This document shows positions 1 through 13,649 of a DNA stretch of 64,000 nt, one piece after another. Every line of letters starts with the position of its first letter. The first letter of the stretch is position 1. This DNA comes from the human T2T-CHM13v2.0 reference genome, Homo sapiens, in the NCBI RefSeq assembly GCF_009914755.1, contig NC_060936.1, one strand, 5' to 3'. Both the position numbers and the translations under genes were made by a program. Below the pieces are notes generated by a model. The model was not told where the DNA came from, searched no databases, and saw nothing but the letters and a program-made list of their open reading frames with translations.

Positions 1-39
1 GTCTTTCCCATTCAGTTTTTATGCCAGCCTAAAAAACAG

Positions 40-300
40 ATGGGATGGCTAAAGTTTCCATAGCCACCGTGGGCCCTGAAGTGACCTTGAGTAGGAATTC
101 ATGTTCATTATTGAATAATGGTGGCTAAGAAGCAGCCAGGAGCACAAGTCCTTGTAACAGCATGGAGCTGCCTTATCTGCTGTGGATTTCCCCAACCTAG
201 ACCACTTTTACAGAAAGGAAAATAAACACCTACCTTATTTAATCCATCGTTATCTTGCAAACTCTCTGGGTCCTCTCTCAGAGATAAAGTAAATCTTAGA
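40..300 (+). mobile_element. Old MaLR LTR fragment (MLT1J/K-like)
   Basis: Degenerate catggagctgcc...aaataaacacctaccttatttaatccat resembles the MLT1 3' half. Confidence 0.5.
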
Positions 301-424
301 AGTGTCACAAAGCATGTAGGCTGCTGATAACCTTATTGCATGTAGGGTTGTGGAACATTTCTCATAGCAGGAGTTATGGGCCACACAACACAAGAGTTAT
401 TAATACCTACAAGGTCCGAGTCCT

Positions 425-565
425 ATCATTTATGCTCACCAATCCTCACCAGAACCCTAAGAGATCACCACTATTATCCTTGATTTTCAAATGAGGAAGA
501 ACAGTGCAAAGAGTTTGCATGAAATTATCCAAGTCACACATCTCGTAAAGAACAGAGGTGGGTTC
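425..565 (-). mobile_element. MIR SINE fragment
   Basis: attatccttgattttcaaatgaggaaga...aagtcacaca is the antisense MIR core. Confidence 0.7.
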
Positions 566-939
566 ATTCTTTCATTTCTTCTGCTGGGTACCATCAGTCT
601 ACCTAATGTTGGGCTGAACACCAAGTATGGAAAGATGGACACACTCCCTGCCCTGGGAAAGCTCACACTAGACAGGGGTCAGAGGCACACCAAGAGATAC
701 ATCCAAACCTACACAGAGCATTCCACGCTATCCAGTCCCTCAACTGCAGGTTTCCTGAGGGCAGGATCTGGGTCTGTCGACTTACCCAGTGCTTGGGGTA
801 TGGAGAACCCAAGAAATATGTGAATTGTCATGGAATGAAAAATATATGTGTATATTAGAACAAATAAGACACACCTAGTGCATTCTCAGGACAAATAGTT
901 AGAATAAGGTTAAAGCAGAGTGAACTAAACACCGCTGTA

Positions 940-1054
940 CCGAGGTGATGGATAACCTCAATCCCTTGACTCGAACATGATGTATTTTATGCACATATCA
1001 AAATATCACAAGTACCTATAAATAGGTGCAAATATTATATATCAAGAAAAAAAA
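940..1054 (+). mobile_element. 5'-truncated L1MA-type 3' end
   Basis: gaggtgatggata...atcaaaatatcacaagtacc plus A-tail; degenerate TSD aaacaccgctgta / aaatactgctgta. Confidence 0.75.
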
Positions 1055-1829
1055 TACTGCTGTAAAGCTCCTCCGTGTTATGTGACCAGGGTTGACAGTG
1101 CTGTCCGTTGTCTACTGGGAAATCAGAGACCATGAATGACACCTTCCTCCACCTGCCCAGGCCAGAGGTGTGTCAGAGGAGAAGCAATAAGACAGGAGTG
1201 GAGAGCTGGAAATGTTCCTCATCATTTCCAGTTAATTGGCTCCCCTGGGAGCACCAATACCAAAAATGCCTTTATTTTAAAAGATGATTTTTATTTAGTA
1301 TTTTTTTTCACATTACTGATGGATGTTTCTAAATATTAGAACAAATGACAAGCAAAAGCAATGCTGTTTATTTTTAAACATGCTCATGGCCTAATGCACC
1401 AAGCCAAGGGCCTTTCACCAAGATCCAGGAATGGCAAAAAGGAAGACAAGACGTGCCAAAACAAACTTACAAAAAGTGGAACATTGTTAGAATGTTTATA
1501 TTTAACAAAATAACTCCCGTAATAGGAAAATAAAGTGCTATCTAATAATGAAATTCTAAAAATAATTAAAAGATTGTAAAGAGTTATTCATCCACTATGT
1601 GGATCCAGGTGTGAAGTGTGTGGACGTTTTCGTCAGACCTGTGATTGTATTTCTAAAGCTGAATGTATATGAACCATGTGTCAATTATTTCTAGTTTAAG
1701 TGGTTAGACATTTGTTAATAGGGGTCACCAGGATAAGAGAACTTCCATTGTCTTCACACAGGGTCAGACTTTGCCAAGAAGGAGAAAGCCCTCCTATCCT
1801 TTAAAAATCTTAAAGATAATTAGATATTT

Positions 1830-2453
1830 GTTATAGCTGGGCAGCTGAAACAACTGACATTTATTTTCTCACAGTTGTGGAGGTTGAAAGTCCGAGATCA
1901 AGGTGCGGTCAGGGTTGGTTTCTAATAAAGGTTCTCTTCCTGATTTGTCAATGGTCACCTTCTCCTTGTGTCCTCGCATGGCCTTTGCTTTGTGCATGTA
2001 TGGGGCGAGATCTCTGGTGTCTCTTCCTCTTTTTTTTTGAGACAGTATCTCATTCTGTCACCAGGCTGGAGCACAGTGGTTCCATCTCAGCTCACTGCAA
2101 ACTCTGCCTCCTGGGTTCAAGTGATTCTCCCACCTCAGCCTCCTGAGTAGCTGGGACTACAGGTGCCCACCACCACACCCAGCTAATTTTTGTATTTTTA
2201 GTACAGACGGAGTTTCACCATGTTGGCCAGGCTGGTCTCCAACTCCTGACCTCAAGTGATCAGCCTGCCTCGGCCTCTCAAACTGTCTTCCTCTTCTTAT
2301 AAAGAAACCAATCCTTATTGGATTAGGGCCCCATCCTTATGACATTAATCAACCTTAATGACCTCCTTAAGGGTCCAAACTCCCAAAACTGTCACACTGT
2401 GGGTTAGGGCCTCAACATATGAATTTGGGGGGAACACCATTCAGTCCACAACA
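1830..2453 (-). mobile_element. MLT1A-type MaLR LTR split by an Alu
   Basis: atttattttctcacagttgtggagg...aagtccgagatcaagg and terminal gaatttggggggaacaccattcagtccacaaca. Confidence 0.8.
2030..2282 (-). mobile_element. AluS, 5'-truncated
   Basis: Poly-T then gagacag...caggctggagcacagtgg...cctcggcctctcaaa; TSD-like tgtctcttcctct / tgtcttcctct. Confidence 0.95.
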
Positions 2454-2590
2454 AGGTTCACTTACATTTTTTTTCTTTTCCCTTTAAAGTAGAAAATATA
2501 AGTAAATACTCTTTATAAACAGTTCTGCAAATTGTAGGTTTCCTGATGGCTTGGATTCCAAAGAGGAACTTCAGCTTCAGGCAGATGCTC

Positions 2591-2697
2591 AATATTAGTT
2601 CCCTAGAGAAATGAGGTGTTAGTTCACTAGCTCCCAATGAACTAATGAAATTTGTTCATTGGTTCCCAAGAGAAATGAAATATTAGTTCACTAAAAT
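2591..2697. repeat. Degenerate short tandem repeat (ttagttca...gaaatgaaat units)
   Basis: ttagttc/ttgttca and gagaaatga recur at roughly 25-33 bp spacing. Confidence 0.45.
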
Positions 2698-3414
2698 GAT
2701 GCAAGTCAAAAGGAAAGAAAAGGGCCAGGGTGTCGTGGGCATGATTGTTTTAGGAGAGGGAGGACACACAGGGCTTCCTGCTACGTGAGAGTACACATAG
2801 ACAGTGAGGAACCTGTAACTTCACTGTCATTGGAATTGCTTGCTCTGTGGCCCCTGGTACCAAGACCATCGCTCATGAGTGAGCCATGGGGAGACGGAAA
2901 TACAGGCAATGTGGGTTCAACATAAGAGTCTTGTTTCTGTTGTTTTGTGTTTTATAATAGTTTATACTTCACATTTTAGAATCTTTGTGTTTAGTCACTC
3001 CAATATGAACTCTGAACCTACAGTCTTCGTGAGCTTGGGTTCGGTAAATATTTCATAGATAAGACACCAAAAGCATGATTCATAAAATAAAAAAAATTAA
3101 GAAATTAACTTTCATCAGAATTCAGTTTTGCGCTCTAGGAGTGACATTGTTAAGAGAATGAAAAGACAAGGCACAGACTGGAAGGAGATATTTGCCAGCG
3201 CATGCTTGTAAAGGATTTGTATTCAGAGTACATCAAGACCTCTGAAACCTCAATAATAAAAAACAAAAATCCAAATAAAAAAGGGCAAAATATATGGATA
3301 CTCTAATAAAAAAAGATGCAAATGTGCATATAAAAATGCTGATCATTATTAGTCATTAGGGAAAAGCAAGTCACAATCACAAAGAGACACTCCTGCACCT
3401 CCATTAGAATGTTA

Positions 3415-3783
<369 letters not shown>

Positions 3784-3909
3784 TCAATAAATGTACATAT
3801 TAGAAAAGAGCTGCCCTGGACTTGGGGACTCGGGGTAAGCCCCATTTCAGCAGAGGAAGTGTAGCTGGACCTTCAGGACACCCAAGCTTCCTTCCTAGCC
3901 AGGGAAGGA

Positions 3910-3960
3910 CCTGGGTGAAGGAGCAAGACTCTGTCTCAAAAAAAAGAAAAAAAGAAAGAA
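3910..3960 (+). mobile_element. Orphan Alu 3' tail
   Basis: cctgggtgaaggagcaagactctgtctcaaaaaaaag with no Alu body upstream. Confidence 0.75.
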
Positions 3961-4499
3961 CATTCTGTATCTAGCTCTGGGAGGGACCCAGAGCTACTGG
4001 AACCCTCACACATTGCTGGTTTGTATGCAGAATAACACAGCCACTTTGAAAAATAATTTGACAGTTTCCTACATGATTCAACACCCTATAACCCGATGAT
4101 CCAAAGATTCCATTCTAGACATTTACCCAAAAGAAATGAAAATAAGAGATCACGCAAAAAGCCAGTAGGCAAATCTTCGTAATGGCTTTATTCGTGATCA
4201 CAGAGGACTGGAAATCAGCCTTGTGCTCTTCATCTGTGGTATGTGTGGACATGGGATTACTACTCTTCAATAAAATGTAACACTCCTGTGAAAACATAAA
4301 TCAGAATGCTTTCTGGTATAAGAAAGATGTTAGATTCAAAAAGCTCCATGCTTTATGATTTCATGTGTACGACATTCCAGAAAAGTTACATCTCCAGAGA
4401 CAAAGTGGACCAGAGGTTGCCAGGGCCTGGCAGTGGGGTTAGAGGTTGAGTTCAAAATGATACAAGAGAATTTGGGGAGAGTGGTAAGACTTTCTATTT

Positions 4500-4799
4500 C
4501 TTTTCTTTCTTTTTTTTTTCAAAGACAGGGTCTTGACCTGTTACCCAGGCTGGAGTGAGGTGGTGTGATCACAGCTCACCGCAGCCTTGACCTCCCAAGC
4601 TCAAGCAATCCTCCCACCTCACCCAAATAGCTTGGACTATGGATGTGCACCGCCAAACCCAGCTAATTTTTTTTGTTTTTTTTGTAGAGATAGGGTCTCG
4701 CTGTGTTGGCCAGGCTGGTCTCAAACTCCTGGCCTCGGGCAATCTTCCAACCTTGGCCCCAAAGTGCTGGGATTACAGGCATGAGCCACCGTGCCCATC
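4500..4799 (-). mobile_element. AluJ
   Basis: gacagggtcttg...tcacagctcaccgcagccttgacctccc (J-type); TSD-like tttctatttctt / tttctgtttctt. Confidence 0.93.
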
Positions 4800-4989
4800 C
4801 ATTTTCTGTTTCTTGATTGTGGTAGTGATCACCCAGTGAAAACTCAGGCCTGCGCATTAAAAAGGGTGACCCTTATAGAGTGCAATTTAAACTACAAAAA
4901 AAATGTAATACTACTTCCAAAAAAGAAATTTGGAGACCGACCTCAGGCAGGGGTGTGGGAGAAGGATAAATAAATAACAGGCAGAAATG

Positions 4990-5120
4990 AGCATGGTGTC
5001 TTTGTTGGTAAAAACAAAGAAAAAAATGAGAAAAGAAGAGAAAAAAAAGAAAAGAGGAGAAAAAAAGAAAAGAAAGTATGGGAAAAGGAAAAAAACAAAA
5101 CAAACACAAGAAAAGAAGAG
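4990..5120. repeat. A/G-rich low-complexity tract
   Basis: Runs of aaaag/aaaac. Confidence 0.85.
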
Positions 5121-5470
5121 TCCTGGGGAGTTACAGAGGAAGAGCAAGGTCGGTAACATTTCATGATCCCAGATGCAGCAGGCTCACTCACCCCTACCCA
5201 ATGTTCTGAATCCTAAAACAACGCTCAAACAAGGTCATTTTGCATAAAGCCAGCCCCACGAGCTCCTGGAAAACCCCTTCAGTCCTTCCAATGTCTGTGA
5301 ATGAGCATTATTTTGATTGCTTTTATTTTCTATCCTTTTAATAATTTGTAACTTTTTAATCATTTCAGACACTAAAACGTCGTACCATACATTTCACAAT
5401 TTGCATTACTTATTTCTGGCTTTTAATTGTCCTATAAAATGATTACAACTAACCCTGTACACCCTTCTGT

Positions 5471-5975
5471 CCCCCGCCCGCCCCCCCGCCCCCCCCACAC
5501 ACACACACTCAGACTTTGGCTTAGTTGAACACTTTTTTTTACTGAAGAACCCACAGGGCCATGGAGGATTGCAGTCAGAAGGATCTCAGGCTTTGGCCAC
5601 ACCTGGATGCTACCCCTAGGTGAATGTTCCGGTTCGCGGCGTGGCTGGGATTCCTGAGCCTGCTGTGTCTTCGGGTAGACCCTTGAGTCATCAGATTCTC
5701 CCCAGCTAACAAGGGCCAGCTGCACATGAATCTGACATTAGTGTCTCCGGTTCCAACCAGCGAGTGGCTCAACATTTTTCCAATGCGTGTGTACCCTCTT
5801 GGATGGTGAGGGAAGTCAGGTCGAGGGATATAAGAAATGCTCCCATCACTCAAGGCAGTCCTAACCTCACTGGGAAAACAAGATTCACACTGAGCATGCA
5901 AACAAGCACAGCTGATGGTTAAATGATGCAGGCCCGACTCACAGTGCTTGAGGGTTCCAGGGAAAGGAGGTAAGC
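5471..5975 (+). promoter_or_regulatory. Candidate promoter/enhancer (GC boxes, AP-1, TATA-like box, downstream 5' splice site)
   Basis: CCCCGCCC boxes 5471-5496, retained CpGs 5620-5825, TGAGTCA 5684-5690, TATAAGA 5829-5835, GAG|GTAAGC at 5969/5970; motif evidence only. Confidence 0.35.
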
Positions 5976-6156
5976 CGGGAACCAGGGTGCGCTTCCTGTA
6001 GAAGCTGGGGCTGGAAATGAGATGCTGAGTACTTGGATTTGTGGGAAGAAGAAGGACATTCCATAAAAGAGAAGTTGATTGAGATGGATTCTTACTCTAG
6101 TTCCATTGCTTTGGATAATCATGGCTTAAAAGCACAAGATTAAGAAAGCATAGACC

Positions 6157-6421
6157 GGCCAGGTGGCATGGCACATGCCTGTGATCCCAGCACTTTGGGA
6201 GGCCAAAGCGGGAGGATCACTGAAGCCCAAGAGAGCAAGACCAGCCTGGGTAACATAGCGAGACCCCCGTCTCTATCAAAATATTATTTGGGCATGGTGG
6301 GATGCACCTGTAGTCCTAACTACTCGGGAGGCTACAGGAAGATCCCTTGAGCCCAGCGTTTGGGGCTGCAGTGAACTATGATCACAAGACCTTGTCTCAA
6401 AAAAAAAAAAAAAAAAAAAAA
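6157..6421 (+). mobile_element. AluJ with a deletion in the right arm
   Basis: ggaggatcactgaagccca...atagcgagacccc; gatcacaagacc junction lacks about 30 bp; long poly-A. Confidence 0.93.
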
Positions 6422-7344
6422 GGGAAGATAAGACAACATCCACTAATCCTGCACTTTCCCACAAATCATGTATATACACACAGGCTCTCCCTCCGCCACT
6501 TCTCCCACAGCCAAAGTGGAAGATCAACAGTGCAAGGCACAGAGGCAGAGCATTTAAGGAAAACACCAGCTCTTAGTTTTCTTTCTGCCCCTGACCACAG
6601 CTCAGCACTACTCTGGCTCTGAGCCTCTGGCCTGCCTCACACACATAGTTACACCTGGGATGCAAAAGCAAAGGACGATGGTAACTTTTGAGACGCACAC
6701 TCAGGAAATGATCTTAGACCTGCCCTTACAAATGCCTGGGTGAAAATGATGTCTTACAAAGACTTTCATGGCTAAAACCAACCTATGTACATAACCCGAT
6801 TTTTGGCATTTGTTGGATTGAGACGTGATCATCTTATTCCTGGGGAACACACCACTGCAACTTAGCAGTCTGTTTTTCAAAGACAGTTATCGGGTGAAAC
6901 ACACCAGTTATCTTGCCTGCCAAAATCATTTGCTCAGAGATTATCCTCCCAATGGAATGGAGCTCAAATCAATCAAAATCTTTGGGGGTGGAGGAATAAT
7001 GAGAAAATATAGCATGACATTTTGACCATTAAGCCTATGATATAAATATCTCTAAAATATTGGGGGCTTTTTCATTCCAGTATTCCTAGCAAAACCAAGG
7101 TCTTAGAATTTACATTTAGCCCCTGCTGTGTATAAAGCTAGATTTAATTTACTTATTTTGGTAGGTATTGGTAATCGTTATAGATATACCTTTTTCTTAT
7201 AATTCTGGTAGTTTGTAATTTAGTTCATAAGTCACACAGCCAAACCAAGTGCTCACATTGTAACATCATGGAACAAAAATTACTGAATTTTCTAAGCTCA
7301 TTACTGATACTAATCTTCATGAATACTATATCGAGATCCAGAAG

Positions 7345-7399
7345 ACAGAGAGAGGTAAAGAGAGAGAGAGGAGAAAGAGAGAGAAAGAGAGAGAGAGAT
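7345..7399. repeat. (GA)n-rich microsatellite
   Basis: Direct inspection. Confidence 0.9.
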
Positions 7400-8724
7400 T
7401 TTTATGTATAAAGAGTAAATTTTGCATTCTTTGACATTTAAAAGAATAGTTGCAGTATTTATGTCCATAGTATGCTTCAAATCAGAAGGCTCTTTGAGGA
7501 AAACTCAGAAGTGACATTTACTTATTTGTACTTTTAAGTTCTGTAGCTTACACAGATGATGCATAATTCATGCCAGAAAGCATTTGGCTCAACAGAAACT
7601 AATTTAGTTTATCCCCTTCCAACGCAACTTCAAACACACGTATGAGAAAATGTGTGGATTTGGGGCTGGGATGTGGACATGTGTAAGAATACAGTAGATT
7701 TAGATTAAATAATTTTATTTGGGTGCCTTTGGAGGTCTTCCAATAATGCCTTTAATCATTGTATTAGAGTCTTGATTTATTTCCCTTGGATTATACATTT
7801 GAAATAAGCAAAGTTAGACATTGGCATTATCAGAGTTAAGAGAAAATGAACTAGGATGTTTTCCTTGTGTTCTGTTCCTATGCTCACCATGACATAAAAA
7901 TGTAGAGTAATTAGTATTGACTTACTATAATGACAATTTCTTGTAATCGAACACTAGGTGTGTTTGAACCAGTTACAGACAGATAATCTTGCATCTTCAA
8001 AGATGTGTGCTATGTTCCTGTTTGGAAATTTTTCTTCTCAGCACAATAGACAGCTCTCCGGTTACAGGGCAGCCATGCATTTGGACAGAGCCAAACCATC
8101 AAATGTTTAAAAAGGACAGAGTGGAAGACACCTGCCAGCACCCCCATATGCATCAGTGAGTCCCTGGACAGCACTTCCAGTAAGTCCAGACTGCCAAATT
8201 CCACAGGCTTAACAACTGAATTTATGATAGTTGGAGAGTCAATAATTTCATCACCCATGTCCAGCCTGTCCCATCCATCCAGGTATGTTCCTACACCTAC
8301 ATAGACCTTCTGCGAGGGAGCATTTTTGGAACATTAATTTATGTGACAAATGCACAGAGTGGAAACAGTCTCTAGCACAGTTTTACCTAAGACAGCCTCC
8401 AATAAAGACCCTGATGTCCTTCATGTCCCCAAAGCGGAAAACAAAACCAAAACCCTGGCTTCAGACAAGCCACAGCGACTTGCTGAATGGTCAAGTCCTC
8501 TCCCTGTGGCTCTCCTGCTACACAGAGCCAGAACCATTGCTCAACGTGCAGAAGTTGGGAGGGAGAGTTTTACCCTCAAAGCAGCAAAGTTATTTTTCTA
8601 AAAAGTAAATAAATAAATAAAATCTCCAATAATAAAGCTGATTTTAAGAGCTAGGGGCCTCTAATATTAAACAAAATTCTCTTTTGATAATAACCATATC
8701 AAATCTAGTTTGAAAGAAGCACAG

Positions 8725-8925
8725 ACACAGTTCTTGCCATTCAAGCACTGCTCAGAGCCCCTTACCAAGGTTAACTTCACTATAATTAAGACGTTATAAT
8801 TAAACCCATTCTGAATATGGGGAAACAGGCTCAGAGAGGTTGTGTGGCCTGTCCAAGATCACACGGCTTAGGAGTGGGAAGCCAGGACTCAAGTCCAAGC
8901 ATCTGCTCTAGGGGTTCCTGTTCCC
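8725..8925 (-). mobile_element. MIR
   Basis: cccattctgaatatggggaaacaggctcagagaggttgtgtggcctgtccaagatcacacggct. Confidence 0.8.
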
Positions 8926-9671
8926 ACCTGCTGTCATCTATCTGCCTCGTGGGAGAGGCAGACCTGTGGTTCCTGGGGCAGGGGCTTTCTTGTGAGCTTC
9001 CTGTCTCATGCCACCACCCCCAGTTCTTCCTGCTCTTTCATACGTTTTATCATGAGCAAAATATAATGCTGCTCTTTTGTGTGAACAACCTCTAACAATG
9101 TTCTCGCGTTTTGTGCTATTTCCCCAGGAAACAGATAAGGAGCCTTTGAATTCCAAAGAACTCTTGAAGTAAAGATCGGATTTCACAGAGAGAAAAAGGT
9201 CTGGTGTCCAGTTGGCCAGTGGCCCAATTTGAAGGAGGAAGGAGGAGTATGGCTTCTCCCCATTTGTTTCCAGCACCTGAGGACATTAAATGGGTGCAGT
9301 TGGCCACCTGCTTAGGTAGGTGGGCTTCAGGTTCCTCCGCAGAGGTCCCTGTCTCTATCTTGGCTTGAAAGGAAGACAGGCGGTTATCTCTGATTGGACC
9401 CTGTGGACCTAGGACAGAGTGCCCAAGAGTAGCAGCCATGATAGACCATGGACCCGAGGGTTCGTCTGTTCTGCTGGACACTGAGCCCCCAGGGTGGGAG
9501 AGCCTGTCACAAGAGTGAGGAAAGACAGTCCTCCAAACTCCCTAGACTGGATTTCCTGCCAACCACTATAATGGAAGCTGAACTAGACTGGCTTACCTTT
9601 AGAAATATAAAGAAATTGACATTTGTTGCACGTGAATGCATCTTGCTTGTATATTAGATTATTTGAGGGAG

Positions 9672-10238
9672 TGTAATAGGCAGAATGCCCTGCCTTGCTC
9701 AAAAGATGTTTATTCCTTAATCTCCAGAATCCAGGAATAGTAAATGTGTTCAACGTCAAGCACAGACCCTGCAGATGTAACTACTGGTTCATACCTTGGG
9801 ATGGGGAGACTATCCAGGTGGGATCAATCTAATCACATGAACCCTTGAAAGCAGACAACTTTCTCCAGCTGGACACAGAACAGATGCAGCAGAAGTCAGA
9901 AAGCTTCAAAGAAGGGAGGGACTTGATATGTTATTCCTGGTATGAAGGTGAATGGACAAGAAATGGAGGTGGCTTTAATAAACAGAGAGGGGCTCCTGGC
10001 TGACAGCCAATGGTGAAATGGGGATCCCGGCCCTACAGCCACAAAGAACTGAATTCTACCAATAATGCAAACAAGCTAGAAGCAGATTCTCTCCTGGAGC
10101 CCCCAGATAGGAGTGCAGGCCAGCGACACAGGGGAACCAGGAGAGTCCCCTGGGACTTCTGACCTACTGAACCGTGAGACGATAAATTCATGTTGTTTTA
10201 AGTCACTAAGCTTACAGCAGAGATAGAAAACCAATACA
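9672..10238 (+). mobile_element. MLT1E/D-type MaLR solo LTR
   Basis: tgtaataggcagaat...gaaaaccaataca termini; TSD gggag / gagag. Confidence 0.85.
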
Positions 10239-11545
10239 GAGAGAGAAATTGACCAAGCTTTACAACTACTACACAGAGCGTGAAGAGAGAGGGAGCCCTC
10301 CTAAGAGTGTGTGTGATAATACGGAAAATAACCCTTGAGTGGACACTGAGCAGCAGAGAGCTTTCCAAAGAGTACCCAGGCAGGTTTTCCTGGAGGAAGC
10401 AAGGGGACAGCGGGCTCTTAAGTCCCTGGTTGGACGATCAGACTCTGATGGAGAGGAGAGGAGTGGATGAATGAATACAGGTGCAAACACGGAAATAAAG
10501 TGCAGAGAAAATAATCACCTTCTTGGCCTCTCTTTACTTGTCTAGCATTTAGTAAGGAAGGTTTTCACTGAGGTCCACTGTCTCATGCAGCAATTCTTTG
10601 GGACAAAAATTCATTTTCATTGTTTAAATGGGAAGAAAAAAATCAATCTGCATGACAAGGACATTTTTAAAGGCTAATTTAGTGAAAATTGTTTGAAAAA
10701 TGTAGAAAATCATTTTTCCCTAGTAGTCTGGGTCTGAGTTCTTTTCTATTTATATGCAAATGTTGGATGTCTGAGCCTATTTTATGTTTTACAATTTTGA
10801 AATATTGCCTATTTCACAAACCTGAGATTAATGAAGTCCTGATATGATAGTGAGGCCTTCTGGAAAACAGTTTTAGAATACGCATTCTGGAATGTAAATT
10901 TTTTAACAGGTATTCCTTTACTCTGCATAAAGCCAAAATGAACATTTTAATTTTTAGCTATAATGTATTCAATTTTTTTTCTGACATTACTCTAAGAACA
11001 TGTTGATCTTTTTTTTTTTAAAGAAAAGCAATTAAATGTTAAGTTTTAAAAATACACAACCAGCTTCTTGGAAGCAAATCCAAGTGGCCAACACTCTAAC
11101 TTTGCCTGGAATTATCTGCAAACATCTACCTATTTAGTAATAACCTTCTGCTTCAGAATCTTTTTGTAATTATTCAATATTTCCCTGGGTTTTATCTGGT
11201 TGCTTGTGTTTTCACTATATTTAATGTCCCCTCTGGAGGAGAAGCTTATCATTCAGATTTGTCCTAATTATTTGTTTTTTAATTCACTGTTGCATAATGA
11301 GAAATTATAAAACACTTTGGCTCATGTAGAAAGATGGGTTACCAGAGAGCATTTGCTATTTGGAGAAAGTTTTTTTCTTATTTTTAACCACCTTCCTGTG
11401 TGGGAAAGAAAAAAAGCTCAACTGAATATAGCTTTATTTCTATGGCCCAGGAATGTGACTGGAATATCAGCCGGAGAGAAAGCAAGGCAGCGTGTCTTCG
11501 CCTGGTATTATTTCTCATGTCTTCAAATTCAGAAAGGGTCTAGGG

Positions 11546-11926
11546 CAGGGATCCCCAACCCCCAGTCCGTGGACAAGTATCAGCCTGAGGCCTGTTAGGA
11601 GCCGGGCTGCAGAGAAGGAGGTGAGTGGCCAGGGGGTGAGGGAAGCTTCATCTGTATTTACCACTGCTCCCCTTGCATTCCTGCCTCAGCTCTGCCTCCT
11701 ATCAGATCAGCAGTGCCAGTAGATTCTCACTGGAGCACACACCCTATTGTGAACTCCATATGTGAGGGATCTAGGTTATGTACTTCTTATGAGAATCTAA
11801 GCAATGCCTGACGATCTGAGGTGGAACAGTTTTTTTCTGAAACCATCCCCCACCGCCCTGCTTCATCTGTGAAAAATCATCTTCCACAAAACCGGTCCCG
11901 GGTGCCAAAAAGGGTGGGGACCGCTG
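11546..11926 (+). mobile_element. MER1B-type hAT-Charlie MITE
   Basis: TIRs cagggatccccaacc / gggtggggaccgctg; 8-bp TSD gtctaggg / gtccaggg. Confidence 0.9.
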
Positions 11927-12475
11927 GTCCAGGGAAATCAGAAAGAAGAACCACTTTGCAGCAACTTCGTGTGCTCTGAAAATCCAGTCTGGCCAGCTCA
12001 ATGCAAGTGGAAATTCTACAAATTCTTCAGGTGGTTGCCTCTGCTGGGTTTTAGTATTTTCCCCTCTCTGCAGAAAATCAGTTTTGTTCCTCTTAGTTTC
12101 CTATTCCGAAGTCCCATCTCTCAGTAGCCTGGTTTCCTCTCACGAGATGATCTCAAGACGACAATATGTCAGAATGAGCAATAATAAGACATGCGTGCTT
12201 AGCTCCTTGCCTGCAAACATCTTATCTCGGTGTGCAATGCCTTCATCAGAGACCAAATTTCTATTTATTTTGATCAAAACAGGAAAATCACCTCACTTGT
12301 AAAAGTAAAGGGAGATTGTTGATGGAAATTGCAATGTATGTATGAAGGCCCTTGTGAGTGACTCTCTAGAGGGTTTTCTCTACTACACACCTTGCTTTTA
12401 AATGTATTACAGAGTAACACATAACTTTCCATTCTGTTACACTATCCCTTGAACTTGCACCTTAAAGAGATTCTA

Positions 12476-13185
<710 letters not shown>

Positions 13186-13187
13186 AG

Positions 13188-13486
13188 CAGCAGTCCCCAA
13201 CCTTTTTGGCACCAGGGACCGGTTTCATGGAAGACAATCTTTCCACGTTTGGTGGGGCAGGGGCCATGGAGATGGTTTCAGGATGATTGGGAGTGCATTA
13301 CATGTCATTGTGTACTTTATTTCTATTATTACTACATTGTAATATATAGTGAAATAATTATACAACTTACCATAATGTGTAATCAGTGGGAGCCTTGAGC
13401 TTAGTTTCCTGTAACTAGATGGTCTAATCTGGGGTGATGGGAGACAGTGACAGATCATCAGGCATTGGATTCTCATAAGGAGAATG
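13188..13486 (-). mobile_element. MER1A, truncated
   Basis: TIR cagcagtccccaacctttttggcaccagggaccggtttc; ends abruptly at gattctcataaggag. Confidence 0.85.
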
Positions 13487-13649
13487 TTGGCCAGGCTGGT
13501 CTCGAACACAGCCACTTATACCCAAGAGATGAGAGCCAAGAAAATCACAACCTTGGAAACCACTATTGTGATATGGTAGAGCTACTGAACAGCTCTCGCA
13601 CCACTCCCCTCCATGCTTACAAATTCGAGCCATTATCAGTGGGGACTGC

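Noticed and set aside
3810-3960. 7SL RNA pseudogene
   Set aside because: Only the Alu-like tail matches; the upstream part does not resemble the 7SL S domain.
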